Positions 25,662 to 35,086 of a stretch of DNA of 64,000 nucleotides are shown here, in pieces. Position numbers and translations under genes: made by a program. Source of the DNA: a virus. Below the pieces are notes generated by a model. That model was not told the origin of the DNA, did no database searches, and was given only the letters and a program-made list of their open reading frames with translations. The stretch is from positions 14,673-78,672 of the IMG/VR virus record IMGVR_UViG_3300009177_000032; one strand, given 5' to 3'. The stretch's first letter is position 1. The number at the start of each line of letters is the position of its first letter.

Positions 25662-27026
25662 ATGGAAGTTACACACATGGGGATTACCGGGGACCGACCC
25701 GACAAGTTAAACGCTGAGCTCCCCAAAGAGAAATGGTCAAGCGAAGCCGGTCCGCGCCAGACAAAGGACGTAAACGAAGCATTCCGGGCTATTATAGCCG
25801 AGGGCCGCACCTACACCGAGAAAACCGGTGTGCGCAATGCCGACGGCTCCGGCGGGGATAGCTTCACCTTTACCCAACTCATGGGGCCGATCCGCCAGGA
25901 AGCTGCGGACCTGCTCGCCAAACTGGGGCGGGACTTCGGCTGGAAAGTCACGCGGGAGAATTACCGCAAGATCATCGAAGCGGCCGGCAATGGGATTGCA
26001 GAGCTGAAGCTCTCCCGCCCGGTCCACGACAAGCGCCAGACCGCGGAGGAGGACGCAGCCGAGCAGGTTGAAATCAATGAACAGCGCGCGGCCTACGAGA
26101 AGGCGGCCGAGGACCGAAAAGCGCTGATTGAATCGCATTATCAGGAGCACCTGCACGACTTCGACGCTTTCCTCCAAAAGCAACGACCTGGCGAAAGCAC
26201 CCACGCTTGGACGGGCCGGACGATCCGGGCTGAGCTCGCCCTGGCTTTCCCTGGCGTTACGTTTCGGGTCAAGACGGATTACAACTCAGTTGACGTCTAT
26301 TGGTCCCTGGGCCCAACCGAACACCGGATAAGGGAGTTGTTGCAGAAGTATGAGCGATGGGAGCACGAGGGGACCGACAGCGAAGAATTGCGAAAGAAGC
26401 GCGCCGAGCACGAGGCAATCCTCCGAATCGTGGGCGGTTACCGCTTTTGCTTTCCGCACCGGGAGATCCCCTACGAGGTTACTGAGGAGGTTGCAAAACT
26501 CATGTGCGCGATGAAAGGCATCGAGTACACGGGCATAAGGCAACCCGGATTTGTCGATGGGGACCATGCGGACCTTGGGGATCATGTTCACCGGCTGACC
26601 TACAACACCGATTGGCCGGAGGGTGGCAAGCCTATCAAGGTCGAGTTTAACCCCGACTATCAGGGCGGGCCACGCTCGACGGAGTGGCGGATTGTCTTTG
26701 AGCAAGTGGCGCCAACTGCAACTCCGTGCCCCAGCTCGACAGCCGGCGGTATTACGATACGCCGCAACCCGGAACACGACGGGGTTGAGATCTCATTCCC
26801 GAGCAAACCGGCACCGGATGTATTGGCTAGGGTGAAAGGGGCGGGCTTTCGCTGGTCTATGCGTGGCAAGGTTTGGTACAAAAAATATACCCCTGAGGCG
26901 TGGAGGTCAGCCCATGCCTTGGTGGGCATACCCGAAGCGGGTCCCGTACCGGAGACGTCCCCGTCCCCGGATCGGTTCGACATGCGAGTCGAGGATAACA
27001 TGGCGCGTGCCTGCGGCCTGATCTGA
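25662..27026 (+). CDS. LPD29-domain (large polyvalent protein-associated) protein
   Basis: IRAELALAFPGVTFRVKTDYNSVDVYWSLGPT; C-terminal NPEHDGVEISFPSKP......KGAGFRWS....WY domain. Confidence 0.7.
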   Translation: MEVTHMGITGDRPDKLNAELPKEKWSSEAGPRQTKDVNEAFRAIIAEGRTYTEKTGVRNADGSGGDSFTFTQLMGPIRQEAADLLAKLGRDFGWKVTRENYRKIIEAAGNGIAELKLSRPVHDKRQTAEEDAAEQVEINEQRAAYEKAAEDRKALIESHYQEHLHDFDAFLQKQRPGESTHAWTGRTIRAELALAFPGVTFRVKTDYNSVDVYWSLGPTEHRIRELLQKYERWEHEGTDSEELRKKRAEHEAILRIVGGYRFCFPHREIPYEVTEEVAKLMCAMKGIEYTGIRQPGFVDGDHADLGDHVHRLTYNTDWPEGGKPIKVEFNPDYQGGPRSTEWRIVFEQVAPTATPCPSSTAGGITIRRNPEHDGVEISFPSKPAPDVLARVKGAGFRWSMRGKVWYKKYTPEAWRSAHALVGIPEAGPVPETSPSPDRFDMRVEDNMARACGLI

Positions 27027-27083
27027 GCCCTTCGGGTCCGCCCCTGGCGTCGGCTTGACTGTGCGCGTCGGGGGCGGAGCTGT

Positions 27084-27284
27084 ATGGCTAGACCAGTAAG
27101 TAAAAACAACCGGGTCAGAATCGAATTCACCACAACGCAGCAACTGGCGGGTCAGCTCGATGCGCTTGTCACTGCCGGCCTTTTTGGGAATTCGCGCGCC
27201 GAGGTTGCTGAGCGATTGATGAGCGAGCGGATCCGGCTGCTCATTAAGGAGGGTTTTGTGGACAAGGACCCAGTGAAGATATGA
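27084..27284 (+). CDS. ribbon-helix-helix regulator
   Basis: VRIEFT...QLDALV..GLFGNSRAEVAERL. Confidence 0.7.
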   Translation: MARPVSKNNRVRIEFTTTQQLAGQLDALVTAGLFGNSRAEVAERLMSERIRLLIKEGFVDKDPVKI

Positions 27285-27622
27285 GGCGGGGCCATTACAA
27301 ACACCCGCCGGTCCCTGAGCTCATCCAGTCACGGAACAGCATCGAGGAGCTCCTCCGCAAGCCGGACCCGAACTTCAGTTATAACGAGCATCCGAGGCGG
27401 ATGAATCACAAGGAGCGAAGGGCGAAGGACGAGTATAAGCTCCGCAACTGGTTGGACACGGACCGAAGGAGCCAGGAGCAACGGGAGCAGGACATTTTTG
27501 GCGAGTGGTATCCGTTCGTTGTGGCGATGAAAGCCGAGGAACGGAACGCCCGCCGGGTAGCAAAAGCACAAGCAGCACTCAAATATGAAAAGAAAAAAGA
27601 AGAAAAAGCAGGCAGTCGCTAA
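27281..27622 (+). CDS. basic hypothetical protein
   Basis: 113 aa, ATGA-coupled. Confidence 0.55.
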   Translation: MRRGHYKHPPVPELIQSRNSIEELLRKPDPNFSYNEHPRRMNHKERRAKDEYKLRNWLDTDRRSQEQREQDIFGEWYPFVVAMKAEERNARRVAKAQAALKYEKKKEEKAGSR

Positions 27623-27833
27623 ACCGCTGTTGGAATACAAACCGCCCTTGGTGGCGCTGTTCCAGCCCGCAGAGGTTAGCGGTATCGGTCGGGTCCCGTT
27701 TCGCGTCGGTGTCTTGGTGAAGGCAACACGCCGTGCGTATGGCCGCGAGGAGTTTCTGGTAGGCCCCCAGGTAGGCAACGGGAGCGCGTGGGTCCGCGGG
27801 ACGTCCCTGCTATTCATCGACCGCTCGCCATGA
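27585..27833 (+). CDS. hypothetical protein
   Basis: 82 aa; V.....AYGR..FLV.P..G.G.AWV. Confidence 0.55.
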   Translation: MKRKKKKKQAVAKPLLEYKPPLVALFQPAEVSGIGRVPFRVGVLVKATRRAYGREEFLVGPQVGNGSAWVRGTSLLFIDRSP

Positions 27834-28045
27834 ACGCCAAACTTAACCAGATTGAGGACCAGATCCGCCGGCCAATGGAGGAATTTCCACTACGCCAGCG
27901 GGTCAACTCTGATCGGTTCGAAATGCTTTCGCACTTGCTGGCGGTTGTTATGGCGCTAAAAGAAATCGATGCACGGCTCGAAAAAGTGGAAAAGCGCTTG
28001 CCAGGAGAAACTCCGGCGGGTAAAAACCACGGCAGCAACCTATGA
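27830..28045 (+). CDS. hypothetical protein
   Basis: ATGA-coupled. Confidence 0.55.
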   Translation: MNAKLNQIEDQIRRPMEEFPLRQRVNSDRFEMLSHLLAVVMALKEIDARLEKVEKRLPGETPAGKNHGSNL

Positions 28046-28269
28046 GCGCGCTAAGTAAACGATCAGTCGGAGATACCCCTGCCTTTCCAATTCCCGAAGC
28101 CCAATGCCCAGGCATGACATACCGCCAGTGGTTGATAGGACAGATTGCGAACGGTGCAGCCTCTCAAACCCTCCGCACGGGAGACAAGGCGGCTTTCACT
28201 GCCCTTGTAATCGGCCAGGCTGACGAGATCATCATGCGCCTGAACCGGGAGGGACACTTTCCCCAATGA
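28042..28269 (+). CDS. conserved small phage protein (PAFP...GMT.R family)
   Basis: PAFPIP....GMTYRQWLIGQ...AD.I. Confidence 0.7.
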   Translation: MSALSKRSVGDTPAFPIPEAQCPGMTYRQWLIGQIANGAASQTLRTGDKAAFTALVIGQADEIIMRLNREGHFPQ

Positions 28270-29060
28270 GACTCTGTTGCTGCGGTTACGTAGCTCCCCC
28301 AAAGGTTGGCCATCCGGAGGTATTCCTCCGCAACATCGCCAAGTTCAAGCCAAAGACCGATCTGATCCTTTACTCTGAGCATCCCTGGCCCGACACGTTC
28401 CGGTTGAAGGCGAGCCCGGAGGTGTTCCGGCCCATGACGTTCCCCGACGGGAAGCCTAACAAGTTCTGCATGCAAAACGGCGCCTTCTTTACCGGTGCCA
28501 AGATTGCACGCGATCGAGGTTACACCCACATGATTACCCTCGAGGATGACGTCCGTGTAGGGCGGCCGGACTGGGATCAATATATTTGGAACGAGTATTT
28601 TTCGCATGGCAAACCCCTGCTTGCGGCCGGGACACTGGCAACCTACAACCCCTGCAACTGGAGCCCGGAGGCGAGCAAGTTGTGGGCGGAGCTCCTGCGC
28701 GTGAACACCCGGAAGAATTTCCCGATTGCTACCTACGGTTGGCTCGGCGCGGGGATAAAGGGCAAGACCGCGGTGTTCCCTAATGGAGCCCTGGCTATCT
28801 ACGATCTAAACTGGTTGGGCAAATTCTTCGACCTGACCAACACCCAAGCGACGGCCACGTCTCACGACGCATGGGACTTTGCGATCGGATTCAAGATTTG
28901 GGACACGTTCGAGGAAATGTCCTATGACCTTGTGGCCAACCTGCACACAGTCGGCTCATGGTATCGGGACCTGGTGACCGATGAGGAGGAGCGCAAGCGG
29001 ATGCTGGTAGACGGGGAGGTTTGCGCCGTGCATCACATAAAGACAGATTGGGAGCCATGA
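28266..29060 (+). CDS. glycosyltransferase-like protein (GT-A-like)
   Basis: hydrophobic strand plus LEDD, NGALAIY, AWD, C-terminal VHHIK. Confidence 0.5.
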   Translation: MRLCCCGYVAPPKVGHPEVFLRNIAKFKPKTDLILYSEHPWPDTFRLKASPEVFRPMTFPDGKPNKFCMQNGAFFTGAKIARDRGYTHMITLEDDVRVGRPDWDQYIWNEYFSHGKPLLAAGTLATYNPCNWSPEASKLWAELLRVNTRKNFPIATYGWLGAGIKGKTAVFPNGALAIYDLNWLGKFFDLTNTQATATSHDAWDFAIGFKIWDTFEEMSYDLVANLHTVGSWYRDLVTDEEERKRMLVDGEVCAVHHIKTDWEP

Positions 29061-30043
29061 ACTATTTCGAGCAATACAACCCTGGCGAGTGCAAGGGAAT
29101 AACGCCGGATATCCGGCTCAAGGAAGCGGTGGAGCTCGCGCTCGAATTTTTTGAACAGAAGCCGCTAGGCCAGCCCTACAAAGAGGGCCAGAGACGGATC
29201 ATTGGCGAGCTTGTGAAAGTTTACGGCCCCAGGAAGCTGGTCAAAGAGATTGACCGCGAAGCGCTGGTCAAGCTGGTGAGGGTGTATCAGGCGCGCAACG
29301 TCGAGGTGTATAATCAGCTCATTCACATTAAGCGCTTTTTCGAACTCATGCGCCAGGAGGGCGTCATCAACATTAACCCGGTGCAATACCGGCGCCTCCC
29401 CTTCACGATCCGGCCCTACGCGGTGAAACCGATAATCAGCGAGGAGCAGTACCGCCGATTGTTGAGCGCCAGTATGTCGCCGGATTTTACCGAGGGTTGG
29501 CCGATTGTGATTATGGGGGCGTGGGAAACCGGGCTCCGCGGCTGCGACATAGCTACGCTCCAATGGGACGCATGCGAGGACGGCAGCTACGTGGACTTCG
29601 TCAATGAGATGATTGTGACTCGCCCTTCCAAAATGCGGAGGAGGAAACAGCGATTGGAAATACCGATCGCTGGCGAGTACCTCGAGGCGTTGTGCGAGCT
29701 GCAGCAATCGAGGGGAGACAGCAAGTTTGTGACACCCTGGCTTGCCCATAAGTTTAATTTCGGGACCCGTCCCTCGCATTTTTGGGATGAGTTCAAAAAG
29801 ATTGCCGTCCGGTGCGGCATGGACGCCTACACGTTCCACTGTTTCCGGCATAGCTTTGTGACACGGTGCCTCCGAGCTGGGGTAAGCCCGGTAGTGATTG
29901 GGAGCCTGACGGGCCAGAGCCTGAAGATGATCCAGCACTATAGCCGAGTCGATAACAGCGATAAGATTAGCGCGCTGGATGCCATTCGAAAGGCAACCCA
30001 CGCCGAGCAGGTTAAACGCCTCGGGTATCAGCCCCCCGTCTAA
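29057..30043 (+). CDS. tyrosine recombinase/integrase
   Basis: TGLRGCDI, K, FHCFRHSF, LTGQS, HY catalytic set (second His replaced by Q). Confidence 0.9.
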   Translation: MNYFEQYNPGECKGITPDIRLKEAVELALEFFEQKPLGQPYKEGQRRIIGELVKVYGPRKLVKEIDREALVKLVRVYQARNVEVYNQLIHIKRFFELMRQEGVININPVQYRRLPFTIRPYAVKPIISEEQYRRLLSASMSPDFTEGWPIVIMGAWETGLRGCDIATLQWDACEDGSYVDFVNEMIVTRPSKMRRRKQRLEIPIAGEYLEALCELQQSRGDSKFVTPWLAHKFNFGTRPSHFWDEFKKIAVRCGMDAYTFHCFRHSFVTRCLRAGVSPVVIGSLTGQSLKMIQHYSRVDNSDKISALDAIRKATHAEQVKRLGYQPPV

Positions 30044-30715
30044 ATGCGACTCTATACCTTTTACGATCACGTTCCGGCCCACGACAACGTCAGCGAGCTG
30101 CGCATGCTCCAGCTTTGGCGCCGGCACCATACCGCGTTTGGCTTTGAGCCGTTCGTACTTCAGGAATGGCACGCACAACTCCACGAGCGCTACGGCCAAT
30201 TCCTTGCAGCCGTCGAGAAACTGCCGAGCATCAACCCGAAGATGTACGACCGGGCGTGCTACCTCCGCTGGCTGGCGATGGCTTCGACAGGTGAGCCGTG
30301 GGGGATCATGATGGACTACGACACGCTCTTAACCCCGACGCAGTTGAAGGACCTCGACCCGTTGCTCGAGGTCGAGCAGAAGGACCTTTTGCACGTGTAC
30401 CAGAATACGACTCCCTGCATCGTGACTGGCAATCCGAAAGCGTTTGAGCGGGCCTGTATTTGGTTTGCTTCGTTCGCGCACTCCGGGGAGAAGCACCTTT
30501 CCGACATGATCGTCTTGGAAAAAGTCGCTCAGGCTGAGCCCGACGCCTATGTCCGGTCGGATTTTGCGAAGTGTTACGGGGAGGATGGCTGGAAAACCGC
30601 GCCTGCTATCCACTTCTCGAACGCTTGCATGACGCCGGCAGGGAAAACCCCGCGGTTTGCCTGGATGCCAAAGCTGTTGGAAGAACGCGGTTACACTCCG
30701 CCCCCTCCGTTTTGA
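30044..30715 (+). CDS. nucleotide-diphospho-sugar transferase-like protein
   Basis: W...G..P, ACYLRWLAM, MMDYD (DxD), SDM, IHFS. Confidence 0.55.
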   Translation: MRLYTFYDHVPAHDNVSELRMLQLWRRHHTAFGFEPFVLQEWHAQLHERYGQFLAAVEKLPSINPKMYDRACYLRWLAMASTGEPWGIMMDYDTLLTPTQLKDLDPLLEVEQKDLLHVYQNTTPCIVTGNPKAFERACIWFASFAHSGEKHLSDMIVLEKVAQAEPDAYVRSDFAKCYGEDGWKTAPAIHFSNACMTPAGKTPRFAWMPKLLEERGYTPPPPF

Positions 30716-31389
30716 TGAAAACACTCGTAGCGATACTCGGACACCAGGGCGCTAACGCGACGATTTTGCGGCATTGGCCTTTCTACGAGAGGTCGGGCCG
30801 TGACCTGGCGGGAGTAGGGCGTGTCGATAAGCCGGTCAGTTGGCCGCAGACAAGCAGCTTTATCGGGTCGTTCAACATTGGCCAGGACGGCGGAGCGGGC
30901 GGACCCAATCACCTCGAGCGCCTGTTAAACCTCTACAAGCTGTTCCTGACGGACCTGAGCGGACTCGGCTACACAGATATTTGCGTGATCGAATATGACG
31001 GGATTTTTCTTCGACCGTTACCCGATCACCCTGGCGGACTGGCCACGACTGTGGGCGGGTACGGTGATGGGGTGGGCTTTGCGCCGTGCCCATACTTTCA
31101 TACTCCGTGGTGGGTGGACGTCGAGACGGCCGGGGCGATTGTTGAGTATGGGGAACGGATGCTCGGGATGAAAATTTACGAGGGGGGATTTGTTGATCGC
31201 TGGCTTGGGCTCATGGTCGAGCTCTACAAATTGCCGTGGAACTCGTTCCCTTCGTTTTCGGTCAACAGCCTGGATCACCCGGTTTACATGAAGGCCGCCC
31301 GCGATGCTATCGCACGTGGGGCAGCTTACGTGCACGGAGTAAAGACCGAGCAGCAACTCCGCGAGCTGATTTCGCCGTTTCGAGCGTGA
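30715..31389 (+). CDS. glycosyltransferase-like protein
   Basis: ICVIEYDG, DRW, C-terminal VHGVKT; same architecture as 28266-29060. Confidence 0.5.
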   Translation: MKTLVAILGHQGANATILRHWPFYERSGRDLAGVGRVDKPVSWPQTSSFIGSFNIGQDGGAGGPNHLERLLNLYKLFLTDLSGLGYTDICVIEYDGIFLRPLPDHPGGLATTVGGYGDGVGFAPCPYFHTPWWVDVETAGAIVEYGERMLGMKIYEGGFVDRWLGLMVELYKLPWNSFPSFSVNSLDHPVYMKAARDAIARGAAYVHGVKTEQQLRELISPFRA

Positions 31390-31492
31390 TTTTGGGGCGG
31401 GGGTGATGGCACCTGTGTTGTTCTTGGTTGAACTAAAAGCCGTCGCCTCCGCTCCGTCAGTTAAAAAGCAACCTAATGAGCACACACAAATT

Positions 31493-32008
31493 ATGGATCC
31501 AATCGAAATTGAGCTTGATAGCCGCATCTCAGCCGCGCGCCGGAGACTGGAAAAACTCAGGGAACTGGCTCAGCTCGAGAGAGCGATCGAAAGCCTGAGT
31601 ATGGAGCGAATCATCCGCAAGTCGGAGTTAAACACCCTCATCAATGACCTTTGCTTTCTGATCGGTAGAAGGATGGGCGTTGACCCGATGTGCATACGGT
31701 CGCCGTTCCGCGGGGAGGAGTCGGTAGCTAATGCGCGCCAGCTCGTCATGTTCTTTTGCCGGGTCAAACGGTTGGGCGGTGTCGTCGATATCGCCCGAGA
31801 ATTCAAACGGGATCATGGGACCGTAAGCCACGCTGTTAAAAAGGTGAAATGGCGCCTGAACTGCGATCCCAAGGTAAGGCAGCTCGTAGACAGTCTCAGC
31901 AACGAAGTAGACCTATTAATCGATGAAAACAATAATCGCTTACACAAGAGTGGTGAAAACGGCCAGGGAGCAGGGGGCGCCAGCGTCGAGCTACGACGAG
32001 AGGACTGA
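31493..32008 (+). CDS. DnaA C-terminal (domain IV) HTH protein
   Basis: ANARQLVMFF.R......DIAREFKRDHGTVSHAVKKV. Confidence 0.85.
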   Translation: MDPIEIELDSRISAARRRLEKLRELAQLERAIESLSMERIIRKSELNTLINDLCFLIGRRMGVDPMCIRSPFRGEESVANARQLVMFFCRVKRLGGVVDIAREFKRDHGTVSHAVKKVKWRLNCDPKVRQLVDSLSNEVDLLIDENNNRLHKSGENGQGAGGASVELRRED

Positions 32009-32633
32009 GCGCTTTCTCAGTACCTACGAGAAGTTCAAGCCGACTCAGGAGCATGAGCTGGTCATATTAAACTGCGGGGGTAGACCGATTGCCCAATCCG
32101 TGCTGCCACGACAGATCGAGTATTACGGCCACGGATGGGACAACGGCGCCTATCAGTTTGCGGCAAACGCGCTCGACTGCGATTTGCTGGTGTGCTGCAA
32201 CGCCGGCGCCTACTTCCATCGTGAGGGCTGGCTTTATCCGCTGGTGAGCGCGCGGAGGGAATACGGACCAGGGCTCTACGGTGTGTCCGCGTCATACGAG
32301 CGCGGGCCTCACCTCCGGACCCCGTTCATTGCTTTCTCGCCCGAGCTCCTGCGCGATTACCCGATCGCTGTCAAAGACCGGGAGGCATGCAACCAGTTTG
32401 AAGCCGGCCCCAATAGCTTCACCTCCTATGCGCTTAGCAAAAACGTCCCGACGTTCTTGATGACGTGGGACGCGGCCTATGAGCTCAAAGACTGGAGACG
32501 TCCAGACCTCCAAAACATTTTCCGGAGAGGGGACCAGAGCAACGTAATGGTGTGGGACCGGCACACCGAAATTTATAACGACTCGACCTCGACTGAGCGC
32601 GCCAGGCTTGAGCGCTACGCTGACACCCGATGA
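31923..32633 (+). CDS. glycosyltransferase-like protein
   Basis: HELVIL, GWDNGAY, LVCCN, WL, PHLRT..., FEAG..S; resembles polysaccharide-synthesis GT-like proteins. Confidence 0.45.
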   Translation: MKTIIAYTRVVKTAREQGAPASSYDERTERFLSTYEKFKPTQEHELVILNCGGRPIAQSVLPRQIEYYGHGWDNGAYQFAANALDCDLLVCCNAGAYFHREGWLYPLVSARREYGPGLYGVSASYERGPHLRTPFIAFSPELLRDYPIAVKDREACNQFEAGPNSFTSYALSKNVPTFLMTWDAAYELKDWRRPDLQNIFRRGDQSNVMVWDRHTEIYNDSTSTERARLERYADTR

Positions 32634-32766
32634 ATCACCACATTTACATAACAAGGGTTGGAGTCGATAAATTCTATTGCGGGTCCTCGTGCTGGCTCGG
32701 CTCTTGGGAGCTAAAACTGGAGTTTTGGGAGCTGTTCAACAACTCGGTTTGCTTCGGCTTGAACTA

Positions 32767-33411
32767 ATGAGCTCGCTCAAAGAGCAGATACTTGCAGCCG
32801 CTCGGGCTGAGTCAATACCGAGTGGTGAAAGCGGGCTTTGGGTTATCAAAAAGGAGACGGTCCCGGAGCCGCTTCCACACTTTCACCCTCGACTGAAGAA
32901 ACGCCTTGTGCTGCCGGCAGGAACCTATACGAGGCTGCTTCGCTCTACAGAGTCCACGATGCACATAGGCGGAGAGGTTGTGATGGAGGACACGATTTTC
33001 GAGCTGCAAACTCATCTTAGGTTCATGCTCCGGGCCCGGGGAAGGGTCCTGATAACTGGCCTTGGGTTGGGCTGCGTTGTCCGTGGGTGCCTAGCAAACC
33101 CTGCGGTTAAGCACGTTGTCTGCGTCGAGAAGGACATGCACGTCTTGCGGCTGGTTGCGCAGCACATGCCGAAAGATCGCCGGCTGACAATCGTAGTCGC
33201 CGATGCGCTCAAGTGGTGCAAGCATCCGGAGCTCAAATTCGATTGCGCATGGCACGATCTTTGGACTGATAGCGACAACGGGGAGGAACACCTGCAAGTT
33301 GTGCACGCGCACCTGCTCTTGGCAATGAGCCGAAAGGTTGACTTTCAAGGAGCTTGGGACTTCCCTAGGGACCAAAAGCGCCTATGGGGCAAACTTATTG
33401 AAATCGTATGA
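32767..33411 (+). CDS. class I SAM-dependent methyltransferase (spermidine-synthase-like fold)
   Basis: GRVLITGLGLG, VVCVEKD, ADA, FDCAWHDLW. Confidence 0.8.
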   Translation: MSSLKEQILAAARAESIPSGESGLWVIKKETVPEPLPHFHPRLKKRLVLPAGTYTRLLRSTESTMHIGGEVVMEDTIFELQTHLRFMLRARGRVLITGLGLGCVVRGCLANPAVKHVVCVEKDMHVLRLVAQHMPKDRRLTIVVADALKWCKHPELKFDCAWHDLWTDSDNGEEHLQVVHAHLLLAMSRKVDFQGAWDFPRDQKRLWGKLIEIV

Positions 33412-33812
33412 TCGGGAAGCGCCCAAGCAAAAAGACTGTTGAGGCTGTCAAGCTGGCGGTCAAAGTCGCACAGAGCAAAACGACTGACGCCGAGGTCGCG
33501 CTCCAGTTGTGGCGGGACCTGCGCTGGAAAATGCAAACGACAGTCGGGAGCTACATGGAGATCGACAAGCTGATATCCGAGGCGGAGATCAACGCGCGCA
33601 CAAACATCGTCTCGAGCGCAGTAAGGGATCCCGTGCTAAAGCGCCTGGCGGAGATGCGTGCCAGGGTGAGCGAGTTCACAGTCGAACCGGATCCGCAGCT
33701 CCTTTTCTGCTCGAGTTGCGGGCGGGAGATTGCGCCAGACGAATACCGGAAAGAGCTCATCGGGAGCATTGCGGACCAATTCGTCTGCGCTATTTGCGCT
33801 GCTTTGCAATGA
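33408..33812 (+). CDS. hypothetical protein, C-terminal CxxC...CxxC
   Basis: 134 aa, coupled. Confidence 0.55.
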   Translation: MIGKRPSKKTVEAVKLAVKVAQSKTTDAEVALQLWRDLRWKMQTTVGSYMEIDKLISEAEINARTNIVSSAVRDPVLKRLAEMRARVSEFTVEPDPQLLFCSSCGREIAPDEYRKELIGSIADQFVCAICAALQ

Positions 33813-34135
33813 GCGCCTGCGGAACACCTTACCGAGAGGGGAAATTCCCAGGACACTGGCGCGATGAAAAAAGCGACTTGCCGGCCTGCGTCGAGGCTTA
33901 CTTCCATCACATTGTTGATAAGGGACCGGCGCCGACCCCCCAACAGCTCCAGCGCGTTATCTGGTATATCAAATGGTGGATCGATGCTCCGTGCTGGAAC
34001 TACAACTTGAACGTGGATTGCCAGCTCGCAGACCAGTTTAAGAAGCTGCGCGAGGAAGCGCACAAGCTCACCGACGTCAGAAGTATTCGGGCCTGGACAC
34101 ATCACGCGATGGAGATAGCACTCGACCCATGGTGA
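33809..34135 (+). CDS. hypothetical protein
   Basis: ATG 33809; PGHWRDEKS.L...V.AY...WIDAPCW...DPW. Confidence 0.6.
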   Translation: MSACGTPYREGKFPGHWRDEKSDLPACVEAYFHHIVDKGPAPTPQQLQRVIWYIKWWIDAPCWNYNLNVDCQLADQFKKLREEAHKLTDVRSIRAWTHHAMEIALDPW

Positions 34136-34172
34136 AATTTATTGAGGCATTCTGCTTCCTGGCGCTAGTGCT

Positions 34173-34475
34173 GTGGATTGTCTACTTGTTATTGATGACC
34201 CTCTTTGCTCCTCGGAAATGAATCTCTATCTCCCGAAGCGCTCGAGGCCGTTCCGTTGGAAGAAACCTTACAAGGACCCGTTCCCAGTCGTCCGTCTCCA
34301 ATCATACCAAAGCACCACGCTCGGGATCTTCAAGCTCATTAATTCGATGCTGGCTCCGATGCCTGAGCCTACCCCGAAGGAGCGAACCCTTTTGGATGAG
34401 ATCTACCGTATCGCAAGACAACCGCAACGCCGCTCAATCAACCTCCCCCTCGGGGCAACCATAAAGGAAGGATGA
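34173..34475 (+). CDS. hypothetical protein (start uncertain)
   Basis: stop overlaps FkbM start. Confidence 0.4.
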   Translation: MDCLLVIDDPLCSSEMNLYLPKRSRPFRWKKPYKDPFPVVRLQSYQSTTLGIFKLINSMLAPMPEPTPKERTLLDEIYRIARQPQRRSINLPLGATIKEG

Positions 34476-35086
34476 ACAAAACCGCTGAATTCGTGAACAT
34501 CGCCCGCAAGCTGGATATCGACCCGCTAGTGATTTATGACCTCGGGTCATTCGATGCCGCTCAGGCGGTGGAGCTCGCCATTGCTTTCCCCAAAGCTCGA
34601 GTCGTTGCGCTCGAGGCCGACCCCTACAACATCCCGAAGTGCCTGGTCAATGCGAAGGGCCATCGAAATATCACTATCGTCAATGGTGCCCTGGCTCCGC
34701 TCGGCACTCGTCCGCTCATCCACTTCAACCGCTCAGTCGGCACAAACGACCAATGCGGGAGCCTCTTGGTGCCGACGGACCTCAAGGATATGCCGGTCGA
34801 GTGTATTGTGGTGCCGGCCGTGACAGCCGCGGACCTCGACAGCTTCTTCGGCTTGCCAACTTTGCTCTGGATGGACGTCCAAGGATCCGAATGGAACTAT
34901 TTCCTGGGTTTTCCCTTCCGTCCGCGGCTTGTGTGGTTAGAGGTCGCCTATGACCCCTACTACCACGACCAGCCGCATAAGGATGAGCTCGTCCGCAAGA
35001 TGGCCGATATTGGTTACAAGCCAATCTTTGAGGAGGTCGGGGTCCCCGGTAGATGGGGAGACGTCTGTTTTTGGCTTGGGTACTAA
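34472..35086 (+). CDS. FkbM-family methyltransferase
   Basis: IYDLGS, VALEADP, GSLL, LWMDVQGSE, WLEV. Confidence 0.85.
   Translation: MNKTAEFVNIARKLDIDPLVIYDLGSFDAAQAVELAIAFPKARVVALEADPYNIPKCLVNAKGHRNITIVNGALAPLGTRPLIHFNRSVGTNDQCGSLLVPTDLKDMPVECIVVPAVTAADLDSFFGLPTLLWMDVQGSEWNYFLGFPFRPRLVWLEVAYDPYYHDQPHKDELVRKMADIGYKPIFEEVGVPGRWGDVCFWLGY

Noticed and set aside
29165-30199. 344-aa minus-strand ORF opposite the recombinase
   Set aside because: Antisense shadow of a clear gene in high-GC DNA; no motifs.
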